Part shown: positions 21,789 to 40,548 of the stretch, piece after piece | How the letters are laid out: each line of letters starts with the position of its first letter | How positions within the stretch are numbered: the first letter of the stretch is position 1 | Sequence record: PP355091.1 | From: Escherichia phage 235Ecol030PP | Direction: 5' to 3' (one strand) | DNA: 64,000 bases | Translations under genes and position numbers: made by a program | Notes under the pieces: model-generated | The model's input: only the letters and a program-made list of their open reading frames with translations | Database searches by the model: none | Told to the model about the DNA's origin: nothing

Positions 21789-22785
21789 TTCAAGTGTTAT
21801 CTATCGTGCGATAGTTACTTCAAAATTTAGAACAGAAAAAATGTTGAATTTTTATAATTCAATTGGAAGTGGTCCGGATAAAAACACTATCTTTATCACA
21901 TTTGGAAGATCAGAACCGTGGTCATCAAATGAAAATGAGGTGGGCTTTGCCCCACCTTATCCAACCGATTCTGTATTAGGCGTAACTGACATGTGGACGC
22001 ATATGATGGGAACAGTAAAGGTTCTTCCATCAATGCTTGACGCAGTTATTCCTCGTCGAGATTGGGGAGATACTAGATATCCGGATCCATACACATTTAG
22101 AATTAACGATATTGTAGTGTGTAACTCAGCTCCTTACAACGCTACTGAATCAGGCGCAGGCTGGTTAGTATATCGTTGTTTAGATGTTCCTGATACTGGA
22201 ATGTGTTCAATTGCATCTTTAACTGATAAGGATGAATGCCTTAAATTAGGCGGAAAATGGACACCTTCTGTTAGGTCAATGACTCCTCCTGAAGGTCGAG
22301 GAGATGCTGAAGGAACAATTGAACCTGGGGACGGGTATGTATGGGAATATCTTTTTGAGATTCCACCCGATGTATCTATAAATAGATGCACGAATGAATA
22401 TATTGTGGTTCCTTGGCCTGAGGAATTAAAAGAAGACCCGACTAGATGGGGATATGAAGATAATCTCACTTGGCAACAAGATGATTTTGGATTAATTTAC
22501 CGGGTTAAGGCAAATACTATCCGTTTTAAAGCATATTTAGATTCAGTTTATTTTCCTGATGCTGCATTGCCAGGAAATAAAGGATTTAGACAAATATCAA
22601 TAATCACGAATCCTCTTGAAGCTAAAGCTCATCCAAATGACCCAAACGTTAAAGCTGAAAAGGATTATTATGATCCAGAAGATTTAATGAGGCATTCGGG
22701 CGAAATGATTTATATGGAAAATAGGCCACCTATTATCATGGCAATGGATCAGACAGAAGAAATCAATATTCTGTTTACATTTTAA
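21781..22785 (+). CDS. 8: gp8 baseplate wedge
   Basis: 334 aa, position match. Confidence 0.93.
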   Translation: MNDSSVIYRAIVTSKFRTEKMLNFYNSIGSGPDKNTIFITFGRSEPWSSNENEVGFAPPYPTDSVLGVTDMWTHMMGTVKVLPSMLDAVIPRRDWGDTRYPDPYTFRINDIVVCNSAPYNATESGAGWLVYRCLDVPDTGMCSIASLTDKDECLKLGGKWTPSVRSMTPPEGRGDAEGTIEPGDGYVWEYLFEIPPDVSINRCTNEYIVVPWPEELKEDPTRWGYEDNLTWQQDDFGLIYRVKANTIRFKAYLDSVYFPDAALPGNKGFRQISIITNPLEAKAHPNDPNVKAEKDYYDPEDLMRHSGEMIYMENRPPIIMAMDQTEEINILFTF

Positions 22786-22790
22786 ATTAA

Positions 22791-22814
22791 GGGAGCCCAT
22801 GGGCTCCCTTTTTC
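22791..22814 (+). terminator. rho-independent terminator after gene 8
   Basis: palindrome GGGAGCCCATGGGCTCCC followed by TTTTTC. Confidence 0.7.
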
Positions 22815-22816
22815 TT

Positions 22817-22824
22817 TATAAATA
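22817..22824 (+). promoter_or_regulatory. late promoter TATAAATA for gene 9
   Basis: exact TATAAATA about 25 nt upstream of ATG 22849. Confidence 0.65.
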
Positions 22825-22848
22825 CTATAAACTCATAAGGAAACCGCT

Positions 22849-23715
22849 ATGTTCATTCAAGAACCAAAGAAATTGATTGATACCGGCGAAATTGGTAACG
22901 CTTCTACTGGTGATATCTTATTCGACGGTGGTAATAAAATTAATAGTGATTTTAACGCAATTTATAATGCGTTTGGCGATCAGCGTAAAATGGCAGTAGC
23001 AAATGGCACTGGAGCAGATGGTCAAATTATCCATGCTACTGGATATTATCAAAAGCACTCTATCGCGGAGTACGCAACTCCAGTGAAAGTTGGCACTAGA
23101 CATGATATTGATACCTCTACTGTAGGTGTTAAAGTTATTATTGAAAGAGGAGAACTTGGCGATTGTGTTGAATTCATTAACTCTAATGGATCAATATCAG
23201 TTACTAATCCTTTAACGATTCAGGCTATTGATTCAATTAAAGGCGTTTCAGGTAATTTAGTAGTAACTAGCCCATATAGTAAAGTAACTTTACGCTGTAT
23301 TTCATCTGATAATTCTACATCGGTTTGGAATTATTCTATTGAAAGTATGTTTGGACAAAAGGAATCACCAGCTGAAGGTACATGGAATATTTCTACATCC
23401 GGATCAGTTGATATTCCACTATTTCATCGCACTGAATACAATATGGCTAAATTGCTAGTTACGTGCCAATCAGTAGATGGAAGAAAAATTAAAACAGCAG
23501 AAATAAATATTCTTGTGGATACTGTTAATTCAGAAGTTATTTCTTCTGAGTATGCTGTCATGAGAGTTGGAAATGAAACAGAAGAAGACGAGATTGCTAA
23601 TATTGCATTTAGTATTAAAACCAACTATGTAACGGCGACTATAAGTTCTTCTACCGTTGGCATGAGAGCAGCAGTTAAAGTTATCGCTACGCAGAAAATC
23701 GGGGTGGCTCAATAA
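22849..23715 (+). CDS. 9: gp9 baseplate wedge, long tail fiber socket
   Basis: 288 aa, position match. Confidence 0.92.
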   Translation: MFIQEPKKLIDTGEIGNASTGDILFDGGNKINSDFNAIYNAFGDQRKMAVANGTGADGQIIHATGYYQKHSIAEYATPVKVGTRHDIDTSTVGVKVIIERGELGDCVEFINSNGSISVTNPLTIQAIDSIKGVSGNLVVTSPYSKVTLRCISSDNSTSVWNYSIESMFGQKESPAEGTWNISTSGSVDIPLFHRTEYNMAKLLVTCQSVDGRKIKTAEINILVDTVNSEVISSEYAVMRVGNETEEDEIANIAFSIKTNYVTATISSSTVGMRAAVKVIATQKIGVAQ

Positions 23716-25520
23716 TGAAACAAAATATTAATATCGGTAATGTTGTTGATGATGGTACCGGTGACTACCTGCGTAAAGGTGGTATAAAAATAAATGAAAA
23801 CTTTGATGAACTTTATTATGAACTTGGCGATGGAGATGTTCCATATTCAGCCGGTGCCTGGAAAACTTATAATGCTTCATCTGGTCAAACATTAAAAGCT
23901 AAGTGGGGAAAATCATACGCTATTAATACCTCTTCTGGAAGAGTAACTTTACAACTTCCTAAAGGAACTGTTAATGATTATAATAAAGTAATTAGAGCTA
24001 GGGATGTATTTGCAACATGGAACATTAATCCAGTTACTTTAGTAGCTGCTTCTGGAGATACAATTAAAGGGTCGTCATCATCGGTTGAAATTAATACTCA
24101 ATTTAGTGATTTAGAGCTCGTTTATTGCGCTCCAGGACGTTGGGAGTATGTCAAAAACAAACAAATTGACAAAATTATTAGTTCAGATATTAGTAATGTA
24201 GCACGTAAAGAATTTTTAGTCGAAGTTCAAGGACAAACGGACTTTTTAGATGTTTTCCGCGGAACTAGCTATAATGTTAATAACATCCGAGTAAAACACC
24301 GTGGTAATGAATTATATTACGGCGATGTATTTAGTGAAAACAGTGACTTTGGCTCTCCTGGGGAAAATGAAGGAGAATTGATTCCTCTTGATGGATTTAA
24401 TATTAGGTTAAGACAGCCTTGTAATATTGGTGACACTGTTCAAATTGAAACATTTATGGATGGTATATCACAATGGAGAAGTTCATATACAAGACGCCAA
24501 ATAAAAGTATTAGATTCAAAATTAACGTCAAAAACTTCTTTAGAAGGAAGTATTTACGTTACTGATTTATCAACAATGAAATCAATTCCATTCTCTGCAT
24601 TTGGATTAATTCCTGGAGAACCTATTAATCCTAATTCTCTTGAAGTTCGTTTTAATGGAATTTTACAACAACAAGCTGGAACAGCAGGATATCCTCTGTT
24701 TTTGTGTGAAGGTGCTAACTCAGATACGCAAGCAGGATGTATATCTCTTGGTGGTGAATGGAAAGAATCGAACACAGATTATTCTATAGAATATGAAGAT
24801 GGAAAACCTGTCAGTCTTTTATTTGATAGAAAATTTGAATCAGGTGATATAATCGTTATAACATGGTTTAATAATGATTTAGGAACTCTTTTAGAAAAAG
24901 ATGACATTATTGAATTAACTGATGACCGTTATGTTAGTAAAGGATCATCTACCGAAGTTACTGGTGATGTAGCCTTAACAGATTTTGATAAAATCGGTTG
25001 GCCAAATGTTGAAAAAGTTGATTCTTATACTAGAACGTATAATTCAATATCATCTATTTTCGATAGCATTTATCCTGTAGGTTCAATTTATGAAAATGCT
25101 ATAAATCCAAATAATCCGGTGACTTATATGGGATTTGGTTCATGGAAATTATTTGGTAAAGGACAAGTTTTAGTAGGATGGAATGATGATGTTACGGATC
25201 CAAACTTTGCTTTAAACAATAATGATTTAGATTCTAGCGGAAATCCTTCACATACTGCCGGTGGAACAGTTGGAACAACATCGGTGACACTTGAGAACGC
25301 AAATCTTCCTGCGACTAAAACTGATGAAAAAGTTTTAATTGAAGATGAAAACGGATCAGTTATTATTGGAGGTTGTCAATATGACCCAGACGAAACTGGT
25401 CCTATATATACAAAATATCGTGAAGACTACGCAACAACAAACTCTTCACATACTCCTCCTACTAATATTAGTAATATTCAACCGTCTATTACTGTATACC
25501 GTTGGATAAGGATTGCATAA
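23715..25520 (+). CDS. 10: gp10 baseplate wedge
   Basis: 601 aa, position match. Confidence 0.92.
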   Translation: MKQNINIGNVVDDGTGDYLRKGGIKINENFDELYYELGDGDVPYSAGAWKTYNASSGQTLKAKWGKSYAINTSSGRVTLQLPKGTVNDYNKVIRARDVFATWNINPVTLVAASGDTIKGSSSSVEINTQFSDLELVYCAPGRWEYVKNKQIDKIISSDISNVARKEFLVEVQGQTDFLDVFRGTSYNVNNIRVKHRGNELYYGDVFSENSDFGSPGENEGELIPLDGFNIRLRQPCNIGDTVQIETFMDGISQWRSSYTRRQIKVLDSKLTSKTSLEGSIYVTDLSTMKSIPFSAFGLIPGEPINPNSLEVRFNGILQQQAGTAGYPLFLCEGANSDTQAGCISLGGEWKESNTDYSIEYEDGKPVSLLFDRKFESGDIIVITWFNNDLGTLLEKDDIIELTDDRYVSKGSSTEVTGDVALTDFDKIGWPNVEKVDSYTRTYNSISSIFDSIYPVGSIYENAINPNNPVTYMGFGSWKLFGKGQVLVGWNDDVTDPNFALNNNDLDSSGNPSHTAGGTVGTTSVTLENANLPATKTDEKVLIEDENGSVIIGGCQYDPDETGPIYTKYREDYATTNSSHTPPTNISNIQPSITVYRWIRIA

Positions 25521-26179
25521 TGAGTTTACTTAATAATAAAGCGGGAGTTATTTCCCGCTTAGCAGATTTTCTTGGTTTTAGAACTAAGAAAAATGATATT
25601 TCGGTTATGAATAATCAGCCAGTAGGCGCTGTAACAATTTCACAAATAGCAAAAGGTTTTTATGACCCGAATGTAGAATCTGCTATCAATGATGTTAGAA
25701 ATATGGCAGAGCAACCGGTTGGAGCTGTATTAGTTAATATAAGCGGCGTATCTCCTACTGGCGTGCAACAAACCGACTATTGGTCATTTGAAGGAACTGT
25801 TACTGATACTTCAGTCAAATCAGGTGACCCAGTTATTGTTAACATGTTTGGTATTCCAGTTAAAGCTACTAATGGAATGACTTCAATTGAATTTACTAGT
25901 GCCGTTAGAATAGCTCTACAGGAAATGGTTGTAAAATTTATTGCAATTGATTCATTTGAAGACCATCCTACCATAGGAAATAAAATACAAGTTAAGTATT
26001 TAGATAACCAAGAACATATCTTAGAACAATACTCTGATAAAGGAATTACTTTCAAACAGGAAATAATTTCTCCTTCTAAACCTGGGTATGGAACTTGGCA
26101 ATTATTAGGTGCGCAAACTGTTACGCTAGATAGTCACACACAACCTACAGTATTTTATTATTTTGAGAGAGTAGCATGA
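25520..26179 (+). CDS. 11: gp11 baseplate wedge, short tail fiber attachment
   Basis: 219 aa from ATG 25520 overlapping gene 10 stop (TAATG); track ORF begins at TTG 25502. Confidence 0.9.
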   Translation: MSLLNNKAGVISRLADFLGFRTKKNDISVMNNQPVGAVTISQIAKGFYDPNVESAINDVRNMAEQPVGAVLVNISGVSPTGVQQTDYWSFEGTVTDTSVKSGDPVIVNMFGIPVKATNGMTSIEFTSAVRIALQEMVVKFIAIDSFEDHPTIGNKIQVKYLDNQEHILEQYSDKGITFKQEIISPSKPGYGTWQLLGAQTVTLDSHTQPTVFYYFERVA

Positions 26180-27726
26180 GTAACAATACATATCAGCACG
26201 TATCAAATGAATCAAAATATGTTAAATTCGATCCTACTGGATCGAATTTTCCTGGCACTGTTACGACAGTACAGTCTGCATTATCAAAAATAAGTAATAT
26301 CGGCGTAAATGGTATTCCTGATGCAACTATGGAAGTTAAAGGAATAGCAATGATTGCGTCAGAGCAAGAGGTTTTAGATGGAACTAATAATTCTAAAATC
26401 GTTACACCAGCTACATTAGCAACAAGATTATTGTATCCAAATGCTACTGAAACTAAATATGGTTTAACGCGTTATTCAACAAATGAAGAAACATTAAAAG
26501 GCTCAGATAATAATTCATCAATAACACCACAAAAACTGAAATACCACACTGACGATGTGTTCAAAAATAGATATTCGTCTGAGTCATCAAACGGGGTTAT
26601 TAAAATATCATCTACACCTGCAGCTTTGGCTGGAGTTGATGATACTACTGCGATGACTCCGCTAAAAACCCAAAAACTTGCAATAAAATTAATTTCGCAA
26701 ATAGCTCCTTCAGAAGACACTGCAACAGAATCGGTGAGAGGAGTAGTTCAATTATCTACTGTTGCACAAATTCGTCAAGGAACTCTCCGCGAAGGATATG
26801 CAATTTCCCCGTATACCTTTATGAATTCTGTTGCAACACATGAATATAAGGGTGTTATACGCCTAGGAACGCAGACTGAAATTAATAATAATTTGGGTGG
26901 TGTTGCAGTAACAGGTGAAACACTAAATGGTCGAGGAGCTACCGGTTCTATGCGTGGAGTAGTTAAATTAACGACGCAAGCCGGTATTGCCCCTGAAGGT
27001 GATAGCTCTGGAGCATTAGCATGGAACGCAGATGTAATTAATACTCGTGGTGGACAAACTATTAATGGTTCTTTAAATTTAGACCATCTTACAGCAAATG
27101 GAATTTGGTCACGCGGTGGAATGTGGAAAAATGGCGATCAACCTGTTGCCACTGAAAGATATGCGTCCGAACGAGTTCCGGTTGGAACTATTATGATGTT
27201 TGCGGGTGATTCAGCACCTCCAGGTTGGATTATGTGTCATGGTGGAACCGTGTCAGGTGACCAATTTCCTGATTATAGAAACGTAGTTGGAACAAGATTT
27301 GGTGGCGATTGGAATAATCCTGGCGTTCCTGATATGCGGGGTCTTTTCGTCAGAGGAGCCGGCACAGGCGGTCATATTTTAAATCAACGTGGACAAGATG
27401 GCTATGGAAAGGATAGACTGGGCGTAGGATGTGACGGAATGCATGTTGGTGGTGTTCAGGCACAACAAATGTCATACCATAAACATGCTGGTGGTTGGGG
27501 TGAATATAACAGAAGTGAAGGCCCATTTGGCGCGTCAGTTTATCAAGGATATCTTGGAACTAGAAAATATTCCGACTGGGATAATGCTTCATACTTCACT
27601 AATGATGGATTTGAATTAGGTGGACCGAGAGATGCTCATGGTACACTTAATCGTGAAGGATTAATTGGTTATGAAACTAGACCATGGAATATATCATTAA
27701 ACTATATTATTAAAGTTCATTACTAA
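26176..27726 (+). CDS. 12: gp12 short tail fiber
   Basis: 516 aa, position match. Confidence 0.9.
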   Translation: MSNNTYQHVSNESKYVKFDPTGSNFPGTVTTVQSALSKISNIGVNGIPDATMEVKGIAMIASEQEVLDGTNNSKIVTPATLATRLLYPNATETKYGLTRYSTNEETLKGSDNNSSITPQKLKYHTDDVFKNRYSSESSNGVIKISSTPAALAGVDDTTAMTPLKTQKLAIKLISQIAPSEDTATESVRGVVQLSTVAQIRQGTLREGYAISPYTFMNSVATHEYKGVIRLGTQTEINNNLGGVAVTGETLNGRGATGSMRGVVKLTTQAGIAPEGDSSGALAWNADVINTRGGQTINGSLNLDHLTANGIWSRGGMWKNGDQPVATERYASERVPVGTIMMFAGDSAPPGWIMCHGGTVSGDQFPDYRNVVGTRFGGDWNNPGVPDMRGLFVRGAGTGGHILNQRGQDGYGKDRLGVGCDGMHVGGVQAQQMSYHKHAGGWGEYNRSEGPFGASVYQGYLGTRKYSDWDNASYFTNDGFELGGPRDAHGTLNREGLIGYETRPWNISLNYIIKVHY

Positions 27727-27735
27727 GGATTACAA

Positions 27736-29193
27736 ATGATTGAATTAAAAGAGTTACCTTTTGTTGATAGCGTTCCTGACGAAGGTCAGGAACGTATTTC
27801 ATGGATTAAAAATGGTGAAGAAATATTAGGAGCTAGTACTAAGTATGGAAATGATGGATCAATGAATAGACCAATTGTTTCCGTGTTTAAAAACGTCGAA
27901 GTTCTTGATGAAAATGTGGGAATTCTTAAAACTGCCATTGAAACATCACAGAAAGATATTAAAACAATTCAAGGAGTTTTAGATGTATCAGGAGATATAG
28001 AAGCACTATCGCAGATCAGTGTTAATAAAAATGACATATCGAATTTAAAGACACTTACCAGTGAACACACTGATATATTAACTGGAACTAATAATACAGT
28101 TGACAAAATTATTGCTGATATAGGTCCATTTAATGATGAAGAAAACTCTGTTTATAGAACAATTAGAAATGATTTATTGTGGATTAAACAGGAATTAGGA
28201 CAATATTCTGGCCAAGACATTAACGGTCTTCCTGTTGTTGGTAATGCTAGCACAGGAATGAAACACAGAATAATAACAAATAGTACATTATTATCTTCAC
28301 AGGGCATTCGTTTAAGCGAATTAGAAAATAAATTTACTGAATCTGACGTAGGATCATTAACTGTTGAAGTTGGTAAATTACGTGATGAACTTGGTAATAA
28401 ACCAGTAGATTTTGGGCCAAATATTTATAATAGATTAAACACCATAGATGATAAACAAACTTTAATAATTTCTGATATAGCAGAAATTAAATCTTCTATT
28501 GGATACCCAGAAAATGTTTCTATAATAACAGAAATTAATAATAACAAAAGTAGCATTGAAGCTATTAATAATGAATTAAATCAGAGTGAAGGTGTTAAAC
28601 AGCGCTTAACGGCTATTGAAACTTCTATAGGTTCAGATGATATTCCTTCTAGTATTAAAGGAAAAATTAAAAATCACACAACTTCTATTGAGTCTTTAAA
28701 CGGAATTGTTGGTGAAAACACTTCGTCTGGTTTAAGAGCGAATGTTTCGTGGTTAAATCAAATTGTTGGAACTGACTCCAGCGGAGGACAACCGTCTCCT
28801 TCTGGATCTCTATTAAATAAAGTTTCAGTGCTTGAAGGAGAAGTTTCAGTTTTAAACAATAATGTTCAAAATATACAAGTTGAAATAGGAAATAATAGAA
28901 CAGGAATTAAAGGTCAAGTTATTGAACTTACTTCACTTATAAATGGAAATAATCCTGACGGATCAACTGTTGAAGAACGAGGATTAACTAATTCTATAAA
29001 AACGAATGAAACCAACATTGCGGCAGTCACACATGAAGTAAATACAGCTAAAGACAATATATCCTCTTTACAGAGCAGCGTTCAAGCTCTACAAGAAGCA
29101 GGTTATATTCCTGAAGCTCCAAAAGATGGCCAAGCTTACGTTCGTAAAGACGGCGAATGGGTACTACTTTCTACCTTTTTATCACCAGCATAA
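27736..29193 (+). CDS. wac: fibritin (whisker), wac
   Basis: 485 aa with long coiled-coil repeat region, position match. Confidence 0.9.
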   Translation: MIELKELPFVDSVPDEGQERISWIKNGEEILGASTKYGNDGSMNRPIVSVFKNVEVLDENVGILKTAIETSQKDIKTIQGVLDVSGDIEALSQISVNKNDISNLKTLTSEHTDILTGTNNTVDKIIADIGPFNDEENSVYRTIRNDLLWIKQELGQYSGQDINGLPVVGNASTGMKHRIITNSTLLSSQGIRLSELENKFTESDVGSLTVEVGKLRDELGNKPVDFGPNIYNRLNTIDDKQTLIISDIAEIKSSIGYPENVSIITEINNNKSSIEAINNELNQSEGVKQRLTAIETSIGSDDIPSSIKGKIKNHTTSIESLNGIVGENTSSGLRANVSWLNQIVGTDSSGGQPSPSGSLLNKVSVLEGEVSVLNNNVQNIQVEIGNNRTGIKGQVIELTSLINGNNPDGSTVEERGLTNSIKTNETNIAAVTHEVNTAKDNISSLQSSVQALQEAGYIPEAPKDGQAYVRKDGEWVLLSTFLSPA

Positions 29194-29196
29194 CAT

Positions 29197-29212
29197 GGGG
29201 CCGCAAGGCCCC
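29197..29212 (+). terminator. stem-loop after wac
   Basis: GGGGCC-GCAA-GGCCCC; no clear U-tract. Confidence 0.4.
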
Positions 29213-29224
29213 AAAGGATTTTAA

Positions 29225-30926
<1,702 letters not shown>

Positions 30927-30967
30927 TAAATATTATAAACTAATTAAAGCCCAGATTAGGAGAAATC

Positions 30968-34105
<3,138 letters not shown>

Positions 34106-34136
34106 ATATATTAAAGCATATTAAAGAGGATTAAAA

Positions 34137-36116
34137 ATGACTTTATTATCTCCGGGCATTGAGCTCAAAGAAACTACGGTTCAAAGCACCGTGGTTAATA
34201 ACTCTACTGGTACAGCAGCTTTGGCCGGTAAATTCCAGTGGGGTCCTGCTTTTCAGATTAAACAGGTTACAAATGAAGTAGATTTAGTTAATACTTTTGG
34301 TCAACCAACCGCTGAAACTGCTGACTATTTTATGTCTGCGATGAATTTCTTGCAGTACGGAAATGACTTACGAGTAGTTCGTGCTGTTGATAGAGATACC
34401 GCTAAAAACTCATCTCCGATTGCCGGTAATATTGAATACACAATTTCTACCCCAGGTAGTAACTACGCAGTTGGAGATAAAATCACGGTCAAATATGTTT
34501 CAGATGCTATTGAAACTGAAGGTAAAATTACTGAAGTAGACGTAGATGGAAAAATTAAGAAAATTAATATTCCTACTGCAAAAATTATCGCTAAAGCTAA
34601 AGAAGTCGGTGAATATCCAGCACTAGGTTCTAACTGGACTGCGGAAATTTCTTCATCTTCCTCTGGTTTAGCTGCAGTAATAACTCTTGGAAAAATTATT
34701 ACTGATTCTGGTATTTTATTAGCTGAAATTGAAAATGCTGAAGCTGCTATGACAGAGGTTGGCTTTCAAGCAAATCTCGAAAAATACGGAATTCCAGGAG
34801 TAGTAGCGCTTTATCCAGGCGAATTAGGCGATAAAATTGAAATTGAAATAGTATCTAAAGCTGACTATGCAAAAGGAGCTTCTGCATTACTCCCAATTTA
34901 TCCAGGTGGTGGTACTCGTGCATCTACTGCCAAAGCAGTGTTTGGATATGGACCACAAACTGATTCACAGTACGCTATTATAGTTCGTCGCAATGATGCT
35001 ATTGTTCAAAGTGTTGTTCTTTCAACTAAGCGTGGTGAAAAAGATATTTACGATAGTAACATCTATATCGATGACTTTTTCGCAAAAGGTGGTTCAGAAT
35101 ATATTTTTGCAACCGCACAAAACTGGCCAGAAGGCTTCTCTGGAATTTTAACTCTGTCTGGTGGATTATCATCAAATGCTGAAGTAACAGCAGGAGATTT
35201 GATGGAAGCTTGGGACTTCTTTGCTGACCGTGAATCCGTTGATGTTCAACTGTTTATTGCGGGTTCTTGTGCCGGTGAATCTTTAGAAACAGCATCTACT
35301 GTCCAAAAACACGTCGTTTCAATTGGGGATGCTCGCCAAGATTGCTTAGTATTGTGCTCACCACCGCGTGAAACTGTAGTTGGAATTCCTGTAACCCGTG
35401 CTGTTGATAACTTAGTCAATTGGAGAACTGCGGCAGGTTCATACACTGATAATAACTTTAATATCAGTTCAACCTATGCAGCAATTGATGGTAACTACAA
35501 GTATCAGTATGACAAATATAATGATGTGAATCGTTGGGTTCCATTAGCAGCTGATATTGCTGGTTTATGCGCAAGAACTGATAACGTATCTCAGACTTGG
35601 ATGTCTCCAGCTGGTTATAATCGTGGTCAGATTCTTAACGTTATTAAACTTGCTATTGAAACTCGCCAGGCTCAGCGCGACCGTTTATACCAAGAAGCTA
35701 TCAACCCGGTAACCGGTACAGGTGGTGATGGTTACGTATTGTATGGTGATAAAACAGCTACTTCTGTTCCTTCTCCATTTGATCGTATTAACGTTCGTCG
35801 TCTGTTTAATATGTTGAAAACGAATATCGGACGTAGTTCAAAATATCGTTTGTTCGAATTAAACAACGCGTTTACTCGTTCATCATTCCGCACAGAAACT
35901 GCCCAGTACTTACAGGGAATTAAAGCTCTCGGTGGAATTTATGAATATCGTGTAGTTTGCGATACAACAAATAATACTCCGTCAGTAATTGATAGAAATG
36001 AGTTTGTTGCAACATTCTACATCCAACCGGCTCGCAGTATAAATTATATCCAACTTAATTTCGTCGCAACGGCTACTGGTGCAGATTTCGATGAGTTAAC
36101 TGGTCTTGCTGGTTAA
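34137..36116 (+). CDS. 18: gp18 tail sheath
   Basis: 659 aa, position match. Confidence 0.95.
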   Translation: MTLLSPGIELKETTVQSTVVNNSTGTAALAGKFQWGPAFQIKQVTNEVDLVNTFGQPTAETADYFMSAMNFLQYGNDLRVVRAVDRDTAKNSSPIAGNIEYTISTPGSNYAVGDKITVKYVSDAIETEGKITEVDVDGKIKKINIPTAKIIAKAKEVGEYPALGSNWTAEISSSSSGLAAVITLGKIITDSGILLAEIENAEAAMTEVGFQANLEKYGIPGVVALYPGELGDKIEIEIVSKADYAKGASALLPIYPGGGTRASTAKAVFGYGPQTDSQYAIIVRRNDAIVQSVVLSTKRGEKDIYDSNIYIDDFFAKGGSEYIFATAQNWPEGFSGILTLSGGLSSNAEVTAGDLMEAWDFFADRESVDVQLFIAGSCAGESLETASTVQKHVVSIGDARQDCLVLCSPPRETVVGIPVTRAVDNLVNWRTAAGSYTDNNFNISSTYAAIDGNYKYQYDKYNDVNRWVPLAADIAGLCARTDNVSQTWMSPAGYNRGQILNVIKLAIETRQAQRDRLYQEAINPVTGTGGDGYVLYGDKTATSVPSPFDRINVRRLFNMLKTNIGRSSKYRLFELNNAFTRSSFRTETAQYLQGIKALGGIYEYRVVCDTTNNTPSVIDRNEFVATFYIQPARSINYIQLNFVATATGADFDELTGLAG

Positions 36117-36132
36117 TACGGTGCATTCTAAA

Positions 36133-36150
36133 GGCCTGTTTCGGCAGGCC
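36133..36150 (+). terminator. stem-loop after gene 18
   Basis: GGCCTG-TTTCGG-CAGGCC. Confidence 0.45.
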
Positions 36151-36151
36151 A

Positions 36152-36218
36152 TATAAATACACTATATCCTTAATTCTTTAATTCTATATGCCCTAGGTTA
36201 AACATAGGGATATAAATA
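36152..36218 (+). promoter_or_regulatory. two late promoters TATAAATA upstream of gene 19
   Basis: TATAAATA at 36152-36159 and 36211-36218, with hairpin CCCTAG-N-TAGGG between. Confidence 0.6.
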
Positions 36219-36232
36219 CTACAGAGGCTAAT

Positions 36233-36724
36233 ATGTTTGTAGATGATGTAACACGAGCGTTTGAATCTGGTGATTTTGCTCGACCTAACTTATTCCAAGT
36301 AGAAATTTCTTATCTTGGACAAAATTTTACGTTTCAATGTAAAGCCACTGCTTTACCAGCTGGTATTGTAGAAAAAATTCCAGTCGGATTTATGAACCGT
36401 AAAATTAACGTAGCAGGCGATCGTACATTCGATGACTGGACTGTTACAGTAATGAACGATGAGGCACATGATGCTCGCCAGAAGTTCGTTGATTGGCAAA
36501 GCATTGCTGCGGGACAAGGAAACGAAATTACTGGTGGAAAACCTGCAGAGTATAAAAAGAGCGCTATCGTTCGTCAATATGCTCGTGACGCTAAAACAGT
36601 AACAAAAGAAATTGAAATTAAAGGTCTGTGGCCTACTAACGTGGGTGAACTTCAATTAGATTGGGATTCAAACAATGAAATCCAAACCTTTGAAGTAACT
36701 CTTGCTCTCGATTATTGGGAATAA
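36233..36724 (+). CDS. 19: gp19 tail tube
   Basis: 163 aa, position match. Confidence 0.95.
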   Translation: MFVDDVTRAFESGDFARPNLFQVEISYLGQNFTFQCKATALPAGIVEKIPVGFMNRKINVAGDRTFDDWTVTVMNDEAHDARQKFVDWQSIAAGQGNEITGGKPAEYKKSAIVRQYARDAKTVTKEIEIKGLWPTNVGELQLDWDSNNEIQTFEVTLALDYWE

Positions 36725-36729
36725 AATGA

Positions 36730-38381
<1,652 letters not shown>

Positions 38382-38382
<1 letters not shown>

Positions 38383-38627
38383 TGGAAGGTTTAATTGAAG
38401 CTATTAAATCAAACGACCTCGTAGCCGCTCGTAAATTATTTGCTGAAGCCATGGCTGCAAGAACGATTGATTTAATTAAAGAAGAAAAAATCGCTATCGC
38501 TCGTAATTTCTTAATCGAAGGTGAAGAACCTGAAGACGAGGATGAAGATGAAGATGATGACGAAGATAGCGATGATAAAGACGACAAAAAAGACAAAGAC
38601 TCTGACGAAGACGAGGATGATGAATAA
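38382..38627 (+). CDS. 67: gp67 prohead core protein
   Basis: 81 aa with acidic D/E-rich C-terminus. Confidence 0.9.
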
Positions 38628-39052
38628 TGCTTCTGATCCCTGAAACTCATGAATTAGTTCTCGAGAATGTCGAAGCACTTATTCCTGAAGCACAGGGTCG
38701 CTTTGACGAATTGTCTTCTGCTTTAAATAAAGACGATATAAATACAATTGTCGAGAATATGCTTGATGATGAATCTGATTTAGCAGTTGCATTAGCTTCT
38801 ATTAATGAAAACATGCCGTTAAATGAATTCATTGTTAAGCACGTTTCAGCTCGTGGTGAAATTACTCGCACTAAAGACCGCAAAACGCGTGAACGAAATG
38901 CATTTCAAACCACTGGGCTGTCTAAAGCAAAACGTAGACAAATTGCTCGTAAAGCTACCAAAACGAAGATTGCCAATCCAGCAGGTCAATCTCGTGCTCA
39001 GCGTAAGCGTAAAAAAGCTCTTAAACGCCGTAAAGCATTAGGATTAAGCTAA
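38627..39052 (+). CDS. 68: gp68 prohead core protein
   Basis: 141 aa with basic C-terminus, position match. Confidence 0.9.
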   Translation: MLLIPETHELVLENVEALIPEAQGRFDELSSALNKDDINTIVENMLDDESDLAVALASINENMPLNEFIVKHVSARGEITRTKDRKTRERNAFQTTGLSKAKRRQIARKATKTKIANPAGQSRAQRKRKKALKRRKALGLS

Positions 39053-39690
39053 TGAATGAACCCCAATTACTAATTGAAACTTGGGGTCAACCTGGCGAAA
39101 TTATTGATGGCGTACCAATGCTTGAATCCCATGATGGAAAAGACTTAGGTTTAAAACCGGGTTTATACATCGAAGGAATATTCATGCAAGCGGAAGTTGT
39201 CAATAGAAATAAACGTCTTTATCCAAAACGTATATTAGAAAAAGCGGTAAAAGACTATATTAATGAGCAAGTTTTAACTAAACAAGCTCTCGGAGAATTA
39301 AATCATCCTCCACGCGCTAATGTTGACCCGATGCAAGCCGCTATCATTATAGAAGATATGTGGTGGAAAGGAAATGACGTATACGGACGAGCTCGTGTTA
39401 TTGAAGGTGACCATGGTCCTGGAGATAAATTAGCAGCTAATATTCGTGCCGGATGGATTCCAGGAGTTTCTTCTCGTGGATTAGGTTCATTGACTGACAC
39501 AAATAAAGGTTATCGTATCGTAAACGAAGGATTCAAATTAACTGTAGGTGTTGATGCAGTATGGGGTCCAAGTGCTCCAGATGCATGGGTAACTCCTAAG
39601 GAAATTACCGAATCACAGACGGCGGAAGCCGATACAAGTGCCGATGACGCCTATATGGCTCTCGCAGAGGCCATGAAAAAAGCGTTATAA
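39052..39690 (+). CDS. 21: gp21 prohead core protease
   Basis: 212 aa, position between 68 and 22. Confidence 0.93.
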   Translation: MNEPQLLIETWGQPGEIIDGVPMLESHDGKDLGLKPGLYIEGIFMQAEVVNRNKRLYPKRILEKAVKDYINEQVLTKQALGELNHPPRANVDPMQAAIIIEDMWWKGNDVYGRARVIEGDHGPGDKLAANIRAGWIPGVSSRGLGSLTDTNKGYRIVNEGFKLTVGVDAVWGPSAPDAWVTPKEITESQTAEADTSADDAYMALAEAMKKAL

Positions 39691-39720
39691 ATATTATTAT
39701 CTAAACAACAGGACTACAAA

Positions 39721-40530
39721 ATGCTTAAAGAACAACTGATTGCCGAAGCGCAGAAAATTGATGCTTCCGTTGCTCTTGATAGTATTTTCGAATCAGTTAA
39801 TATTTCTCCGGAAGCAAAAGAAACTTTCGGCACTGTATTCGAAGCTACCGTCAAGCAGCACGCCGTTAAATTAGCTGAATCTCATATCGCTAAAATTGCT
39901 GAAAAAGCAGAAGAAGAAGTAGAAAAAAATAAAGAAGAAGCCGAAGAAAAAGCTGAGAAGAAAATCGCTGAGCAAGCTTCTAAATTCCTTGACCATCTTG
40001 CAAAAGAATGGCTCACTGAAAATAAATTAGCAGTAGATAAAGGCATCAAAGCCGAACTGTTTGAATCCATGCTTGGTGGATTGAAAGAGCTCTTCGTTGA
40101 ACACAACGTTGTTGTTCCAGAAGAATCAGTTGATGTTGTAGCTGAAATGGAAGAAGAACTGCAAGAACACAAAGAAGAATCAGCTCGTCTGTTCGAAGAA
40201 CTCAATAAGCGTGACGCATATATCAATTATGTGCAGCGTGAAGTGGCATTGAGCGAAAGTACTAAAGATCTGACTGAGTCTCAAAAAGAAAAAGTCTCTG
40301 CTCTGGTCGAAGGTATGGATTATTCAGATGCATTCTCAAGTAAATTGAGTGCAATCGTAGAAATGGTGAAGAAATCTAATAAAGATGAAAGCACTATTAC
40401 TGAGAGTATAAATACTCCTGATACTGAAGCAGCCGGACTGAATTTCGTCACTGAAGCTGTAGAAGATAAATCTGCACAAGGTGCAGAAGATATTGTAAGT
40501 GTATATGCGAAAGTCGCATCTCGTTTCTAA
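39721..40530 (+). CDS. 22: gp22 prohead scaffold
   Basis: 269 aa acidic coiled-coil. Confidence 0.93.
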   Translation: MLKEQLIAEAQKIDASVALDSIFESVNISPEAKETFGTVFEATVKQHAVKLAESHIAKIAEKAEEEVEKNKEEAEEKAEKKIAEQASKFLDHLAKEWLTENKLAVDKGIKAELFESMLGGLKELFVEHNVVVPEESVDVVAEMEEELQEHKEESARLFEELNKRDAYINYVQREVALSESTKDLTESQKEKVSALVEGMDYSDAFSSKLSAIVEMVKKSNKDESTITESINTPDTEAAGLNFVTEAVEDKSAQGAEDIVSVYAKVASRF

Positions 40531-40548
40531 TTTTAAAGGTTAACACAA